From positions 1,134-65,133 of the forward strand of contig CAZUJF010000027.1 in assembly GCA_964619955.1 (NCBI GenBank): DNA of 64,000 bases. The letters run 5' to 3'. Shown here piece by piece: positions 30,619 through 39,932 of this stretch. The notes under the pieces are model-generated. The model did not search any database and was not told where the DNA came from. It was given only the letters and a program-made list of their open reading frames with translations. The first letter of the stretch is position 1; every line of letters begins with the position of its first letter. The translations under genes were made by a program, and so were the position numbers. This stretch comes from an uncultured Planctomycetales bacterium. GTDB taxonomy: Bacteria > Planctomycetota > MHYJ01 > JACPRB01.

Positions 30619-31787
30619 CGCGCCCTCCGGGGCAGCGCGCGCAAGCGTTTCGCGGCCTCCCTCAGCGTCGCGAGCTTCTTGCAGAACGCGAAGCGCACGA
30701 GGTGCGAGCCGTCGCGGCGATCCCGGAAGAACGAGCTGCCCGGCACCGTCGCGACGCCGCCCGTCTCCACCAGCCACTGCGCGAACGCGGTGTCGTCCTG
30801 GAACCCGAAGCCCGAAATGTCGCACATGACGTAGTAGGCCCCGGCCGGACGGCCGAGCGGACGGAATCCCGTCTCCTCGAGCACGGGATACAAGAGCTCC
30901 CGCCGTTCGAGATATTCGCCCGACAGGGACTCAAACAGTCCTTCCGGCCGGTCCATCAGCTCCGCCGCCGCCACCTGCAGCGGGTGCGGGGCGCCGACCG
31001 TGGTGAAGTCGTGCATCTTCCGGATCGCCGTCGCGATCTTCTCCGGGGCGATCGAGTACCCGAGGCGCCAGCCGGTGACGCAAAACGTCTTGGAGAGCGA
31101 GGTCACCGTGATCGTCCGCTGCGCCATGCCGTCGAGGGAGGCCATCGCGACATGTTCGCCCTCGTAGAGGATGTGCTCGTAGACTTCGTCCGTCACCGCG
31201 AGCGCGTTCCATTTCCGGCAGAGCCGCGCGATGCTCCCCAGCTCCCGGCGCGAGAACACCTTCCCCGTCGGGTTGTGCGGCGTGTTCACGATCACCGCCT
31301 TCGTGCGGCGGTTGAACGCGGCGGCGAGTTTTTGCTCGTCGAAGGTCCACGTCGGCGCGTGCAGGCGGACAAACCGCGGCTTCGCCCCCGTGATCAGGAC
31401 GTCCGGTCCGTAGTTCTCGTAGAACGGCTCGAAGATCACGACCTCGTCGCCGGGGTTGATCACCGCGGCGAGGGCGGTCAGCATCCCCTCGGTCGCCCCG
31501 CAGGTGACGGTGATGTTCTTTTCGGGGTCGGCCTTCATCCCGTAGTGCCGTGACACTTTGCGCGAGATCGCGTCGCGCAGCGGCTTCGCCCCCCAGGTGA
31601 TCGCGTACTGGTTCACGTCCCCGCGGATCGCGCGGCAGGCCGCGTCCTTGATCGCCTTCGGGGCGGGGAAATCGGGGAAACCCTGGGAGAGGTTGACCGC
31701 CCCGTGGCGCAGCGCGAGGCGCGTCATTTCGCGGATGACGCTCTCGGAGAAGAGGCCGGTTTTCCGGTTGATCAGGTCCCGCAGCAT
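30615..31787 (-). CDS. PLP-dependent aminotransferase class I/II
   Basis: NLSQGFPDF; NTPHNPTGKV; DEVYEH; SLSKTF.VTGWRLG; VRFAFCK. Confidence 0.9.
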   Translation of the reverse strand: MLRDLINRKTGLFSESVIREMTRLALRHGAVNLSQGFPDFPAPKAIKDAACRAIRGDVNQYAITWGAKPLRDAISRKVSRHYGMKADPEKNITVTCGATEGMLTALAAVINPGDEVVIFEPFYENYGPDVLITGAKPRFVRLHAPTWTFDEQKLAAAFNRRTKAVIVNTPHNPTGKVFSRRELGSIARLCRKWNALAVTDEVYEHILYEGEHVAMASLDGMAQRTITVTSLSKTFCVTGWRLGYSIAPEKIATAIRKMHDFTTVGAPHPLQVAAAELMDRPEGLFESLSGEYLERRELLYPVLEETGFRPLGRPAGAYYVMCDISGFGFQDDTAFAQWLVETGGVATVPGSSFFRDRRDGSHLVRFAFCKKLATLREAAKRLRALPRRAR

Positions 31788-31823
31788 CCCTGCGAGCGTA
31801 TCCGTCGCGCGCCCGCGCGGCAA

Positions 31824-32534
31824 CTACTTGCGGAGCTCCTCGAAGACCTCTTCCGGCGCGGGGCGGATGCGGATGTTGCCGGCGGTGCGGATCCAGCGGA
31901 TCTTGCGGTCCTTGTCGATGAGGATCGTCGCGGGGCGCGGAACGTCCATGGACGCCAGGCCCTTCTCGTGGAAGAGCCCGTACTTCTTCGACACCTCGAG
32001 CCCCTCGTCCGAAAGGACCGGGAACGGCAGACCCAGCCCCTTCCCCTGCGCAGGCGTCTGGGGGCCGACGGCGACCACGCTGACGCGCGAGGCCTTGAAA
32101 TCGTCCATCCGCTTCGCGAGCTCGCCGAGCTCGGCCCTGCAGATGATTCAGTAGTGCCCGCGGAAGAAGAGCAGCAGCACCCGCCCCTGGTCGCTGAGGT
32201 CGGAGAGGCGCACGTCCTTCCCGTCCGCGTCCTTCAGCATGAAGTTCGGCGCGAAATCGCCGACCGCGACCGCGGGGCTCCCCTCCAGCCTTCCGACGAG
32301 GCCCCGCACCGCGGCATACCCGCCCGCGCCCAGCACGAACACGATCCAGGCGACCGCCCGCAGCCTGTTCCGCCCCTCCACGCCCTTCGCCGCGATGAGC
32401 AGCAGCAGCGGCACGATGAAAAACGTCAGCGGCAGCCAGGTGTTGCGGAAGAGCGGCACCCCGAGGAGGAGCATGTCCGCGACCCACGCGCCGAGCGTGG
32501 CCAGGATCGCCAGGACGAGCGCCGCAGGCTTCAC
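31824..32534 (-). CDS. Membrane-anchored peroxiredoxin-like (AhpC/TSA) protein, predicted selenoprotein (UxxC)
   Basis: ORFs 32148-32534 and 31824-32147 are in the same frame, separated only by TGA at 32148-32150: LLFFRGHY-U-IICRAEL; hairpin just downstream of the UGA. Confidence 0.8.
32106..32147 (-). promoter_or_regulatory. Putative bacterial SECIS element
   Basis: mRNA after UGA: lower stem CAUCUGC/GCGGAUG; upper stem CGAGCUC-GGC-GAGCUCG; G-first apical loop 21 nt after UGA. Confidence 0.65.
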
Positions 32535-33091
32535 GACTTCACGAAGCGGAAAAAGTCGATGTCGCCGATGCTCTTCGACTCCCCTTCCTTGTCCATCACG
32601 CAGCGCATGACGTAGCGCCCGGCGCGGAGCTTGAGCCCGGGCTTCGCGAGCGGCTTCATGAACTGCCAGCCGCCCGTGTCGGGGATCTCGACCGGACCGC
32701 TCACGTCGAGTCCGTCGAACTCCAGGTGGAAGATGCCGCCCTTCCTGGCCGAGGCCACGCGGGTCTCGAGCAGATAGGTCCCGCTCTCCTTCACCTCGAC
32801 CGTGTAGGCGACCCATTCGCCCGCGCGCGTCCAGCCGATGTTGTAGCGGTTGCTGGCGTCGGCGCGGGGCTCGATGTCGACCCCCGTCTCGCGATACGGC
32901 GCCCCCTGGTTCTTCGGCTCGAGATCGTGGTAGGCGAAGCCCTCGCCGCCCTCGTCGAAATCCTCCGTCTCGATCGTGCCCGGGATGGCGTGGATGCGGC
33001 CCTGGAAGGGGCGGCCGGGCCCCGGCCAAAGCTCCTGCGCCGGGCAGCCGGCGAGCGCCAGGAAGAGGACGGCGGAGGCGGCTCGTCTCAT
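32531..33091 (-). CDS. Carbohydrate-binding module (CBM6-like) lipoprotein
   Basis: Lipobox LAGC; IPGTIETEDFD.GGEG.AYHD; GWTRAGEWVAYTV; TGGWQ. Confidence 0.75.
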   Translation of the reverse strand: MRRAASAVLFLALAGCPAQELWPGPGRPFQGRIHAIPGTIETEDFDEGGEGFAYHDLEPKNQGAPYRETGVDIEPRADASNRYNIGWTRAGEWVAYTVEVKESGTYLLETRVASARKGGIFHLEFDGLDVSGPVEIPDTGGWQFMKPLAKPGLKLRAGRYVMRCVMDKEGESKSIGDIDFFRFVKS

Positions 33092-33099
33092 GAACGCTC

Positions 33100-34485
33100 C
33101 TATTCGGACGGCCGGGCGGACAGGTTCTCGAACCGCGTGTACTGCTTGAGGAAGGCCATCTCCATGTTGCCCACGGGGCCCGTGCGGTTCTTGAGCAGGA
33201 GGACCTCGGCGACGCCCTTCTTCTCGGTGTCGGGCTTGTAGTACTCCTCGCGGTAGAGCGCCATGACGGCGTCGGCGTCCTGCTCGATGGCGCCCGATTC
33301 GCGGAGGTCGGAGAGCATCGGACGGCGCTCCTCGCGCCCCTCGGCGCCGCGGTTGAGCTGGGCGAGCGCGATGACGGGCACGTTGAGCTCCTTCGCCACC
33401 GCCTTCAGGTTGGAGGAGATCATCGCGATCTCGAGCTGGCGGGACTCCGGCGCCTTCGAGCCCTGGCGCGCGTTCATCTTCTGCAGGTAGTCGACCACGA
33501 TGAGCTCGATCCCCTCGCGCGCCTTCATGCGGCGCGAGCGCGTCCGCACCTCGAGGGCCGAGAGGTCGGCCGAGTCGTCGATGAAGAGCTTCGAGTCGTT
33601 GAAGAGCCCCGCGGCCTGCAGCAGCCGCGCGAAGTCCTCCTCCGAGACCCGACCGGTGCGCAGCAGGCTGGAGTCCACGCGCGCGTGGGAGCAGAGCATC
33701 GACTGCGCGATCTGCTGGGACGCCATTTCGAGCGAGAAGAGCAGCACCGGCTTCTGCTCCCGCAGGGCCACGTGCTCCGCGATGTTGAGCGCGAAGCTCG
33801 TCTTGCCCATCGAGGGGCGGCCCGCCACGATGTAGAGCTGGCCGGGCTGCAGGCCGGAGATCTTGTCGTCCAGCTCGAAGAAGCCCGTCGAGAGCCCGAG
33901 CAGGCGGCTCTTGCGGTCGTGGATGTCCTGGATCTGCTGGAAGGTCTCGTGGAGGATCTCGGACATCGTGCGCACCGCCGTCTTCTCGCCCTTGCCGAGG
34001 GCGATGAAGAGGGCCTTCTCCGCCTCGTCCCGGACGGCGTCGACGTCCTCGGTCACCCGCGTGGCGGTGTGGATGATCTTCTGGCACGTCTCGATGATCG
34101 TGCGCAGCATGTACTTCTCGTGGATGACCCGCGCGTACTCCGGCGCGTTCTCCACGTTGGGCACGCCGTCGACGAGCAGCGCCAGGTACTCGGCGCCGCC
34201 CACCTGGTCGAGCTTCCGGTCCTTGGCGAGCTCGTCCCGGAGGACGACGAGGTCGATGGGCTTGCGCTCGAGGTGCAGCTTCAGCACCGTCTCGAAGAGG
34301 GTGCGGTGCGCGGCGAAGGCGAAGTAGTCGGGATTCTGGACGACGTCGACCACGTCGCCGATGACGTTGTTGTCGAAGATCATGGCCCCGAGCAGGGCCA
34401 TCTCGGACTCGCGGCTGTGGGGCAGCGAGGTGTCCCGCAGGACGTCGGCGGGGGCGACCGGATTGCGGGCGGCGGACGTCGACAT
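33100..34485 (-). CDS. dnaB: Replicative DNA helicase
   Basis: LPHSRESE; GRPSMGKT; VVDYLQ; AQLNR; RPMLSDLRESGAIEQDAD; KNRTGP; no intein. Confidence 0.97.
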   Translation of the reverse strand: MSTSAARNPVAPADVLRDTSLPHSRESEMALLGAMIFDNNVIGDVVDVVQNPDYFAFAAHRTLFETVLKLHLERKPIDLVVLRDELAKDRKLDQVGGAEYLALLVDGVPNVENAPEYARVIHEKYMLRTIIETCQKIIHTATRVTEDVDAVRDEAEKALFIALGKGEKTAVRTMSEILHETFQQIQDIHDRKSRLLGLSTGFFELDDKISGLQPGQLYIVAGRPSMGKTSFALNIAEHVALREQKPVLLFSLEMASQQIAQSMLCSHARVDSSLLRTGRVSEEDFARLLQAAGLFNDSKLFIDDSADLSALEVRTRSRRMKAREGIELIVVDYLQKMNARQGSKAPESRQLEIAMISSNLKAVAKELNVPVIALAQLNRGAEGREERRPMLSDLRESGAIEQDADAVMALYREEYYKPDTEKKGVAEVLLLKNRTGPVGNMEMAFLKQYTRFENLSARPSE

Positions 34486-34564
34486 CAGTTCCCCCCGGAC
34501 CTCAGGGCTCGCGGCGCCCGGGGCCCCCTGCGCGGGGGCCCCGGCGCCGCGGATGAATATTAGC

Positions 34565-35065
34565 CTACGCCTTGGCGGGCGGCTCGGACTTTCTGGGGTC
34601 CGACGCGGGCTTGACCGCCTTGGTCGAGAGCACCCAGACCTTGACCTTGGGCTGGACGTCGCGATGCAGCACGACCGTGACCTCGAAGGTGCCGGTCTGC
34701 TTGATCGGCTCGGCGATCTCGATCGCCTTCCCGTCGACCTTGACGCCCTGCTCCTTGAGCGCATCGGCGATCATGGAGGGGGTCACGGCCCCGTAGAGGT
34801 GGCCTTCCTCGTTGGTGTTCACCTCGATGGACACCGACGTGATCGCGGCGAACTTCTCCGCGAGCAGTTTGGCGTCGCTCACGAGCACGGCGTCCTGCTT
34901 GGCGGAGCGCCGCTTGGTCTGCTCGAGCTCCTTGTACATCGCGGGCGAGGGCTTGGAGGCGAGCTTGCGGGGGAAGAGGTAGTTGCGGGCGAAGCCCTCC
35001 TTCACCTCGATCTCCTGACCGCGGCGTCCGACCTTGTCCACGTCCTGCCACAGCAGCACTTTCAT
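34565..35065 (-). CDS. rplI: 50S ribosomal protein L9
   Basis: VKEGFARNYLFP; LYGAVT; PIKQTG. Confidence 0.95.
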   Translation of the reverse strand: MKVLLWQDVDKVGRRGQEIEVKEGFARNYLFPRKLASKPSPAMYKELEQTKRRSAKQDAVLVSDAKLLAEKFAAITSVSIEVNTNEEGHLYGAVTPSMIADALKEQGVKVDGKAIEIAEPIKQTGTFEVTVVLHRDVQPKVKVWVLSTKAVKPASDPRKSEPPAKA

Positions 35066-35110
35066 GGCATCCTCGTCTAATTCTGAAATCCGGCGATCAT
35101 GTCCGCCCGC

Positions 35111-35422
35111 TTACAGCGAGCCGGTACCCACATAGGGCATCATGGACATGTAGCGGGCGCGCTTGACGGCGGCCGTCGCGCTCCGCTGGTGGAACGCGCA
35201 GTTGCCGGAGCGCTTCCGGGAATACAGCTTCCCCTGCCCGGTGCAGAGCTTGAAGAGCACCTGCAGATTCTTGTAGTCCACATGGAGCGTCTTCTCGCGG
35301 CAGAAGCGGCACCGGTTGTCCTTGCGGAACTTGGTGTACTTCTTGCGGCGCTCGTCGCTCTCGCGGTCCCGGTCGTTATCCCGGTCCCTTCCGCCCCTGC
35401 GGTCCCGATCAACTCTCGGCAT
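35111..35422 (-). CDS. rpsR: 30S ribosomal protein S18 (Zn-binding type, RD-rich N-terminal extension)
   Basis: CRFC; VDYKN; GNCAFHQR; AVKRAR. Confidence 0.93.
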   Translation of the reverse strand: MPRVDRDRRGGRDRDNDRDRESDERRKKYTKFRKDNRCRFCREKTLHVDYKNLQVLFKLCTGQGKLYSRKRSGNCAFHQRSATAAVKRARYMSMMPYVGTGSL

Positions 35423-35475
35423 CTCGATCTCCTCGACTTACGTTCCCAAATATTTACGGTACGGAGGACGCGCCC

Positions 35476-35916
35476 TCAGAACGGGATGTCCTCTTCGCTG
35501 CCCGGGGAGGGCGGCTCCTCGGCCGCGCCCTCCGCGGGCGCCCCCGCCCCCCGGGGCCCCCCCCCCCCCCCCCCCCCCCGCCGCCCGGCCCCCCCCCCCA
35601 ACAACATGGCGGCGGTCACCCGGATCTTGCTCATCTTCTTGCCTTCGGGCGACTCCCAGCGGTCCTGCTTGAGCCGGCCCTCGATGAAGACCTGCCGGCC
35701 CTTCTTCAGATATTCCGCGCAGATCTCCGCGGTGCGCCCCCACGCCACGATGTCGATGAAGGACACCTCCTCCACCTTCTGGCCCGTCTGCTTGTTCGTG
35801 TACGTGTGGTTGAGCGCCAGGGCGAACTCGCACACGGCCGAACCCTGCGGGGTGTACCGCAGCTCGGGGTCCCGGGTCAGGTTCCCCAGCAGGATGACCT
35901 TGTTGACGGACGCCAT
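35476..35916 (-). CDS. ssb: Single-stranded DNA-binding protein
   Basis: NKVILLGNLTRDPELRYTPQG; C-terminal EDIPF; in the rpsF-ssb-rpsR cluster. Confidence 0.95.
   Translation of the reverse strand: MASVNKVILLGNLTRDPELRYTPQGSAVCEFALALNHTYTNKQTGQKVEEVSFIDIVAWGRTAEICAEYLKKGRQVFIEGRLKQDRWESPEGKKMSKIRVTAAMLLGGGAGRRGGGGGGGPRGAGAPAEGAAEEPPSPGSEEDIPF
35557..35579. repeat. C23 homopolymer (poly-G on the coding strand) inside ssb
   Basis: Direct count of 23 C, with a further C run at about 35589-35599. Confidence 0.9.
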
Positions 35917-35941
35917 CGCTCGACTCCTTCCTTACCCGAAA

Positions 35942-36361
35942 CTAATGAGCCATCCCGACCGAGAGGCCGTGCGGCACGACCATCGGGGGCGCGCCCATGC
36001 CGAAGCCCGGACGGTCCGTCTTCGGGGGCAGCGGGCCGGCCGTCTCGAAGTCCTTCGGCGGCTCCTTCGCCAGCTCGCCTTCGTGGGCGAGGATCAGGTT
36101 CCGCAGCAGGATCTCCGAGAACTGAAAGTCGGACCGGATTTTCGCGAGCGCCGTGTCCGGCGCCGCGAAATAGGCCACGACGTAGGTCCCGCGGTTGCTC
36201 TTCTTGACCGGGAACGCGAGCTTCCGCTCGCCCCACCTGATCACCGAGAGCACCGCCCCGCCGTTGCGCTTCACGATGCGCTCGACTTCCTCGCCGACGC
36301 GGGCCCATTCCTTCGCCGCGACCGTCGGGTCCACCAGCAGCATCGCCTCATAAGTCTTCAT
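35942..36361 (-). CDS. rpsF: 30S ribosomal protein S6
   Basis: MKTYEAMLL; WGERKLAFPV; GTY. Confidence 0.93.
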   Translation of the reverse strand: MKTYEAMLLVDPTVAAKEWARVGEEVERIVKRNGGAVLSVIRWGERKLAFPVKKSNRGTYVVAYFAAPDTALAKIRSDFQFSEILLRNLILAHEGELAKEPPKDFETAGPLPPKTDRPGFGMGAPPMVVPHGLSVGMAH

Positions 36362-36918
36362 GTCTCACTCCTACGGTTGAATCTCGTCATGGCCTTCTCG
36401 AGGCCCTCGTCCATCCAGCAGCGCAGGGCCTCGCACGCCTCCGCCACCATCGTCGTCACCTTCGGCTCCTCTTCCTTCGTGAAGCGTCCCAGCACCCAGG
36501 AGGGGTCCGGCCTCCCGCCGCCCACCCCCAGGCGCATCCGCGCGTACTTCGAGTGCCCCAGCGCGGCCTCCACGGACTTCAGCCCGTTGTGGCCCCCGCT
36601 CGAACCCTCCTTCCGCAGCCTCAGGCTCCCCAGGGGCAGGTTCACGTCGTCGCAGACGACCATGAGCTCCCCCCCGAAGCGCTTGTCCAGCTCCGGAAGC
36701 ACGCGTCCCGTCTCGTTCACGTAGGTCCAGGTCTTCACCAGCACCGCCTCGTGGCGCCCCAGGCGCCCCTCCGCGGCCCAGAATTCGAATCCGGACTTCC
36801 TGAACTTCTGACCCATCTTCTCAGAGAGCGCGTCGACCAGCCTCCAGCCGACGTTATGCCGCGTTCCGGCATATTTCTCGTCCGGGTTTCCGATCCCCAG
36901 CACGACGAACTTGGCCAT
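36358..36918 (-). CDS. pth: Peptidyl-tRNA hydrolase
   Basis: GIGNP..KYAGTRHNVG; DD; GSSGGHNGLKS; RLGVG. Confidence 0.95.
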   Translation of the reverse strand: MAKFVVLGIGNPDEKYAGTRHNVGWRLVDALSEKMGQKFRKSGFEFWAAEGRLGRHEAVLVKTWTYVNETGRVLPELDKRFGGELMVVCDDVNLPLGSLRLRKEGSSGGHNGLKSVEAALGHSKYARMRLGVGGGRPDPSWVLGRFTKEEEPKVTTMVAEACEALRCWMDEGLEKAMTRFNRRSET

Positions 36919-36942
36919 GGCGGCCCCGGCGAAAACGCCGGG

Positions 36943-37659
36943 CTATTTCTTGTCTTCCTTCTTGGGGGCGTCCTTCTTCGGCGCCTCCTTCTTGGCGCCG
37001 GCGGCGTCCTTCTTGTCCCCTTCGGCGGCCTCGTCGCCCGCCTTCTCCTTCTTGATGACCTCCGGCCCGGCGGCGGTCGTCGCGGCCGTGGCGACCACGA
37101 CCTCCTCGACCTTGTGCTCCTGCACGACCGCCAGCACGAGGTCCGCGTCGTGCGCGGCCTTCACGCCCGCCGGCAGCACGAGGTCCTTCACGGTGAACTT
37201 GACGTCCTTCTTCAGGCCCGTCACGTCCACCTCGATCTGCTCCGGGATCGCGTCCGGCAGACACTGGATCTTCAGCGTCTTGACGAACTGGTCCAGGACG
37301 CCGCCCTCGTCGGACACGCCCACCGGCTTGCCCTTGAGGATCAGCGCCACCTCGAGCGTCAGGACCTGGTCCATCGCGATCCGCGTGAAGTCGATGTGGA
37401 CCAGCTTCTCGTCGAGGTGGTCGTACTGCACCTCCTTGAGGAAGACCTTGTCCTTCCCGGACGGGTGCGTGAGGTTGATGATGCGCGCGTGCTTCTTGAG
37501 AAGACGCTCGAATTCCCGGGCGTCCACGAGCAGGTGCACGGGCGCCTCGCCCTTGCGGGCGAGCACCGCGGGGATCTTCCCCGCGATGCGGTAGCGCCGC
37601 GACACCCGCGTGCCCAGAAGATCGCGCTTCTCCGCGCTGAGCGACAGCTGTTCGGCCAT
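36943..37659 (-). CDS. rplY: 50S ribosomal protein L25 / general stress protein Ctc
   Basis: GKIPAV; VQYDHL; HIDF; GVSDEGG; CLPDAIPE.IEVDV. Confidence 0.93.
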   Translation of the reverse strand: MAEQLSLSAEKRDLLGTRVSRRYRIAGKIPAVLARKGEAPVHLLVDAREFERLLKKHARIINLTHPSGKDKVFLKEVQYDHLDEKLVHIDFTRIAMDQVLTLEVALILKGKPVGVSDEGGVLDQFVKTLKIQCLPDAIPEQIEVDVTGLKKDVKFTVKDLVLPAGVKAAHDADLVLAVVQEHKVEEVVVATAATTAAGPEVIKKEKAGDEAAEGDKKDAAGAKKEAPKKDAPKKEDKK

Positions 37660-37674
37660 GGTGTTCTCCCGTGA

Positions 37675-38610
37675 TTACAGAAAGAGGCTGCTAACCGACT
37701 CCGAGTGATGGATGCGCCGGATCGCCTCGCCCAAGAGGTTGGCGATCGAAAGGACCCTGAGGTTGGGGAATTCCTTGCCCGCCACCGGGATCGTGTCCGT
37801 GACGACGACCTCCTTGACGGGCGCCTTGGACAGCTTCTCCACGGCCTTGCCCGCGAAGACCGCGTGCGTGCCGCAGATGTAGATGTCCTTCGCGCCGTGT
37901 TTGCGGCAGGCCCGGGCCGCCTCCGTGATGGACGTCGCGGTGGAGATCATGTCGTCCACCAGGATGACGTTGCGCCCCTCCACCTCGCCGATGACGTGCA
38001 TGACCTCCGTCTCGGTCGGCCCGCTGCGGCGCTTGTCCACGATCGCCAGGCCGGCGTTCAGGCGCTTCGCGTACGCGCGCGCCATCTTGATGCCGCCCAC
38101 GTCGGGCGTCACGATCGTCAGGTCCTTCAGGTCGAGGCGCCGGAAGTATTCCACGAGCACCGGCGCCGCGTAGAGGTGGTCCATCGGGATGTCGAAGAAG
38201 CCCTGCAGCTGCGCGGCGTGCAGGTCGACGGACAGCGCCCGGTGCGCGCCCGCCGCCGCGATGATGTTCGCCACGAGCTTCGCGCTGATCGGCACGCGCC
38301 CCTCGGCCTTGCGGTCCTGCCGCGCGTAGCCGAAGTAGGGCATCACCGCCGTGATCCGCTCCGCGCTCGCCCGGCGCAGGCAGTCGATCAGGATCAGCAG
38401 CTCCATCAGGTTCTCGTTCACCGGCGGGCAGGTCGGCTGGATCACGTAGACGTCCGCGCCGCGGACGTCCTCCATGATCTTCATGTCGATCTCGCCGTCC
38501 GGGAAGCGCGTGATGTCGACCTTGCTCAGGGGGAGGTGCAGGTAGTCGCCGACCTTCTTGGCGAGCACCGGGTGCGCGCCGCCGGAGAAGACGAGCAGCG
38601 AGTTCTTCAT
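37675..38610 (-). CDS. prs: Ribose-phosphate pyrophosphokinase
   Basis: RFPDGE; PYFGYARQDRK; DLHAAQLQGFF; PDVGG; VDDMISTATS. Confidence 0.96.
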   Translation of the reverse strand: MKNSLLVFSGGAHPVLAKKVGDYLHLPLSKVDITRFPDGEIDMKIMEDVRGADVYVIQPTCPPVNENLMELLILIDCLRRASAERITAVMPYFGYARQDRKAEGRVPISAKLVANIIAAAGAHRALSVDLHAAQLQGFFDIPMDHLYAAPVLVEYFRRLDLKDLTIVTPDVGGIKMARAYAKRLNAGLAIVDKRRSGPTETEVMHVIGEVEGRNVILVDDMISTATSITEAARACRKHGAKDIYICGTHAVFAGKAVEKLSKAPVKEVVVTDTIPVAGKEFPNLRVLSIANLLGEAIRRIHHSESVSSLFL

Positions 38611-39932
38611 GCCTGACGCTTCTTTCCCTTCTTCGCGGGCGCCGCTTTCACGACGCTCATGCGGCTCCGGGACTGCAGCGGCCGCGCCGGCACGCCCACG
38701 ACGACCGCGCCGGGGGCGACCTCGCCGCGGACGACGACCGCGCCGGCCCCCGTCTTCGAGCCCTTGCCCAGGCGGACCGGGGCGACGAGCACGGTGTTGG
38801 AGCCGACGTGGACGCCGTCCCCGATGATCGTGGCGTGTTTGTTCACGCCGTCGTAGTTGGCGGTGATCGTCCCGGCGCCGATGTTGACGCGCGCGCCGAG
38901 CGTCGCGTCGCCGAGATAGCTCAGGTGTTTGGCTTTCGAGTGCGCGCCGATGCGCGACTTCTTGACCTCGACGAAGTTCCCGACTTCGGCGCCCTCGTCG
39001 AGCACGGTGCCCGCGCGCAGCTGGCTGAACGGCCCGACCTCGCAGCCCTGACCGATGACCACGCCGCGGCGGATCACGGTGAAGGGCTGGATCACGCTGT
39101 CCTGCCCGATCGTGACGTCCTCCTCGATGTAGGTGGTGGAGGGGTCGACGATCGAGACGCCGTTGTCCATGTGGTATTGGAGGTTCTTCCAGCGGAGATA
39201 GTTCGTGCAGGCGACCAGGTCGCGGCGCGTGTTGATGCCGTAGATCTCGTTCGGCGCGGAGGACTTCACCCCGTCCACGGGGCGGCCCTTGGCGACGAGG
39301 ATCCCGAGGGCGTCCGTGAGGTAAAGCTCGCCCTTCTTGTTGTCGGGCTTGACCTCGCGGAGGGCCTCGAAGAGGGCGGGCGCGCGGAAGACGTAGGCGC
39401 CGGAGTTGCATTCGGGGATGAGCCGCTGCTCCGGAGTGGCGTCCACCTCCTCGATGAAGCGGAGGAAGCGGCGGGTCTCCTTCTCGCGCAGGACCCGGCC
39501 GTACCCCGTGGCGTCGTCGAGGCAGGCGGAGAGGAAGGTGGCGTCCCGGCCGTGGGTGCGGTGGTCCTCGATCAGGCGGCGGATCGTGTCGGGTCCGATG
39601 AGGGGCGCGTCGCCGGCGACCACGACGAGATCGCCTTTGAAACCCTTGAGGCGGGCCTCGGCGCAGAGGAGGGCGTGGCCCGTGCCCTTCTGTTCGGTCT
39701 GTTCCGCGTACGCGCAGTCGGGGGCGGCGGCTTTGACTTTGTCGGCCTGATGGCCCACGACGAGGACGAGATCCCGGATCCCCGCGAGGCGGAGGTTGCG
39801 GAGGACGAAGTCCAGCACCGGACGGCCGAGGATCTCATGCAGGACCTTGGCACGGTCGGACTTCATCCGAACGCCCCTGCCTGCGGCGAGAACCACCGCC
39901 TTCACGTTTTGCTGAGACACGGGGAGCCCCAT
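38607..39932 (-). CDS. glmU: Bifunctional UDP-GlcNAc pyrophosphorylase / GlcN-1-P acetyltransferase
   Basis: LAAGRGVRMKS..AKVLH; QKGTGHA; GYGRV; GNFVEVK; HLSYLGD; GAGTITANYDG. Start is approximate. Confidence 0.95.
   Translation of the reverse strand: MGLPVSQQNVKAVVLAAGRGVRMKSDRAKVLHEILGRPVLDFVLRNLRLAGIRDLVLVVGHQADKVKAAAPDCAYAEQTEQKGTGHALLCAEARLKGFKGDLVVVAGDAPLIGPDTIRRLIEDHRTHGRDATFLSACLDDATGYGRVLREKETRRFLRFIEEVDATPEQRLIPECNSGAYVFRAPALFEALREVKPDNKKGELYLTDALGILVAKGRPVDGVKSSAPNEIYGINTRRDLVACTNYLRWKNLQYHMDNGVSIVDPSTTYIEEDVTIGQDSVIQPFTVIRRGVVIGQGCEVGPFSQLRAGTVLDEGAEVGNFVEVKKSRIGAHSKAKHLSYLGDATLGARVNIGAGTITANYDGVNKHATIIGDGVHVGSNTVLVAPVRLGKGSKTGAGAVVVRGEVAPGAVVVGVPARPLQSRSRMSVVKAAPAKKGKKRQA

Noticed and set aside
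31824-32108. 94-aa ORF starting MDDFK as a standalone gene, or a split pseudogene
   Set aside because: It lacks the N-terminal half of the thioredoxin fold; Sec read-through explains both halves better.
33100-34485. Possible intein in dnaB
   Set aside because: Length (461 aa) and motifs are continuous, with no insertion.
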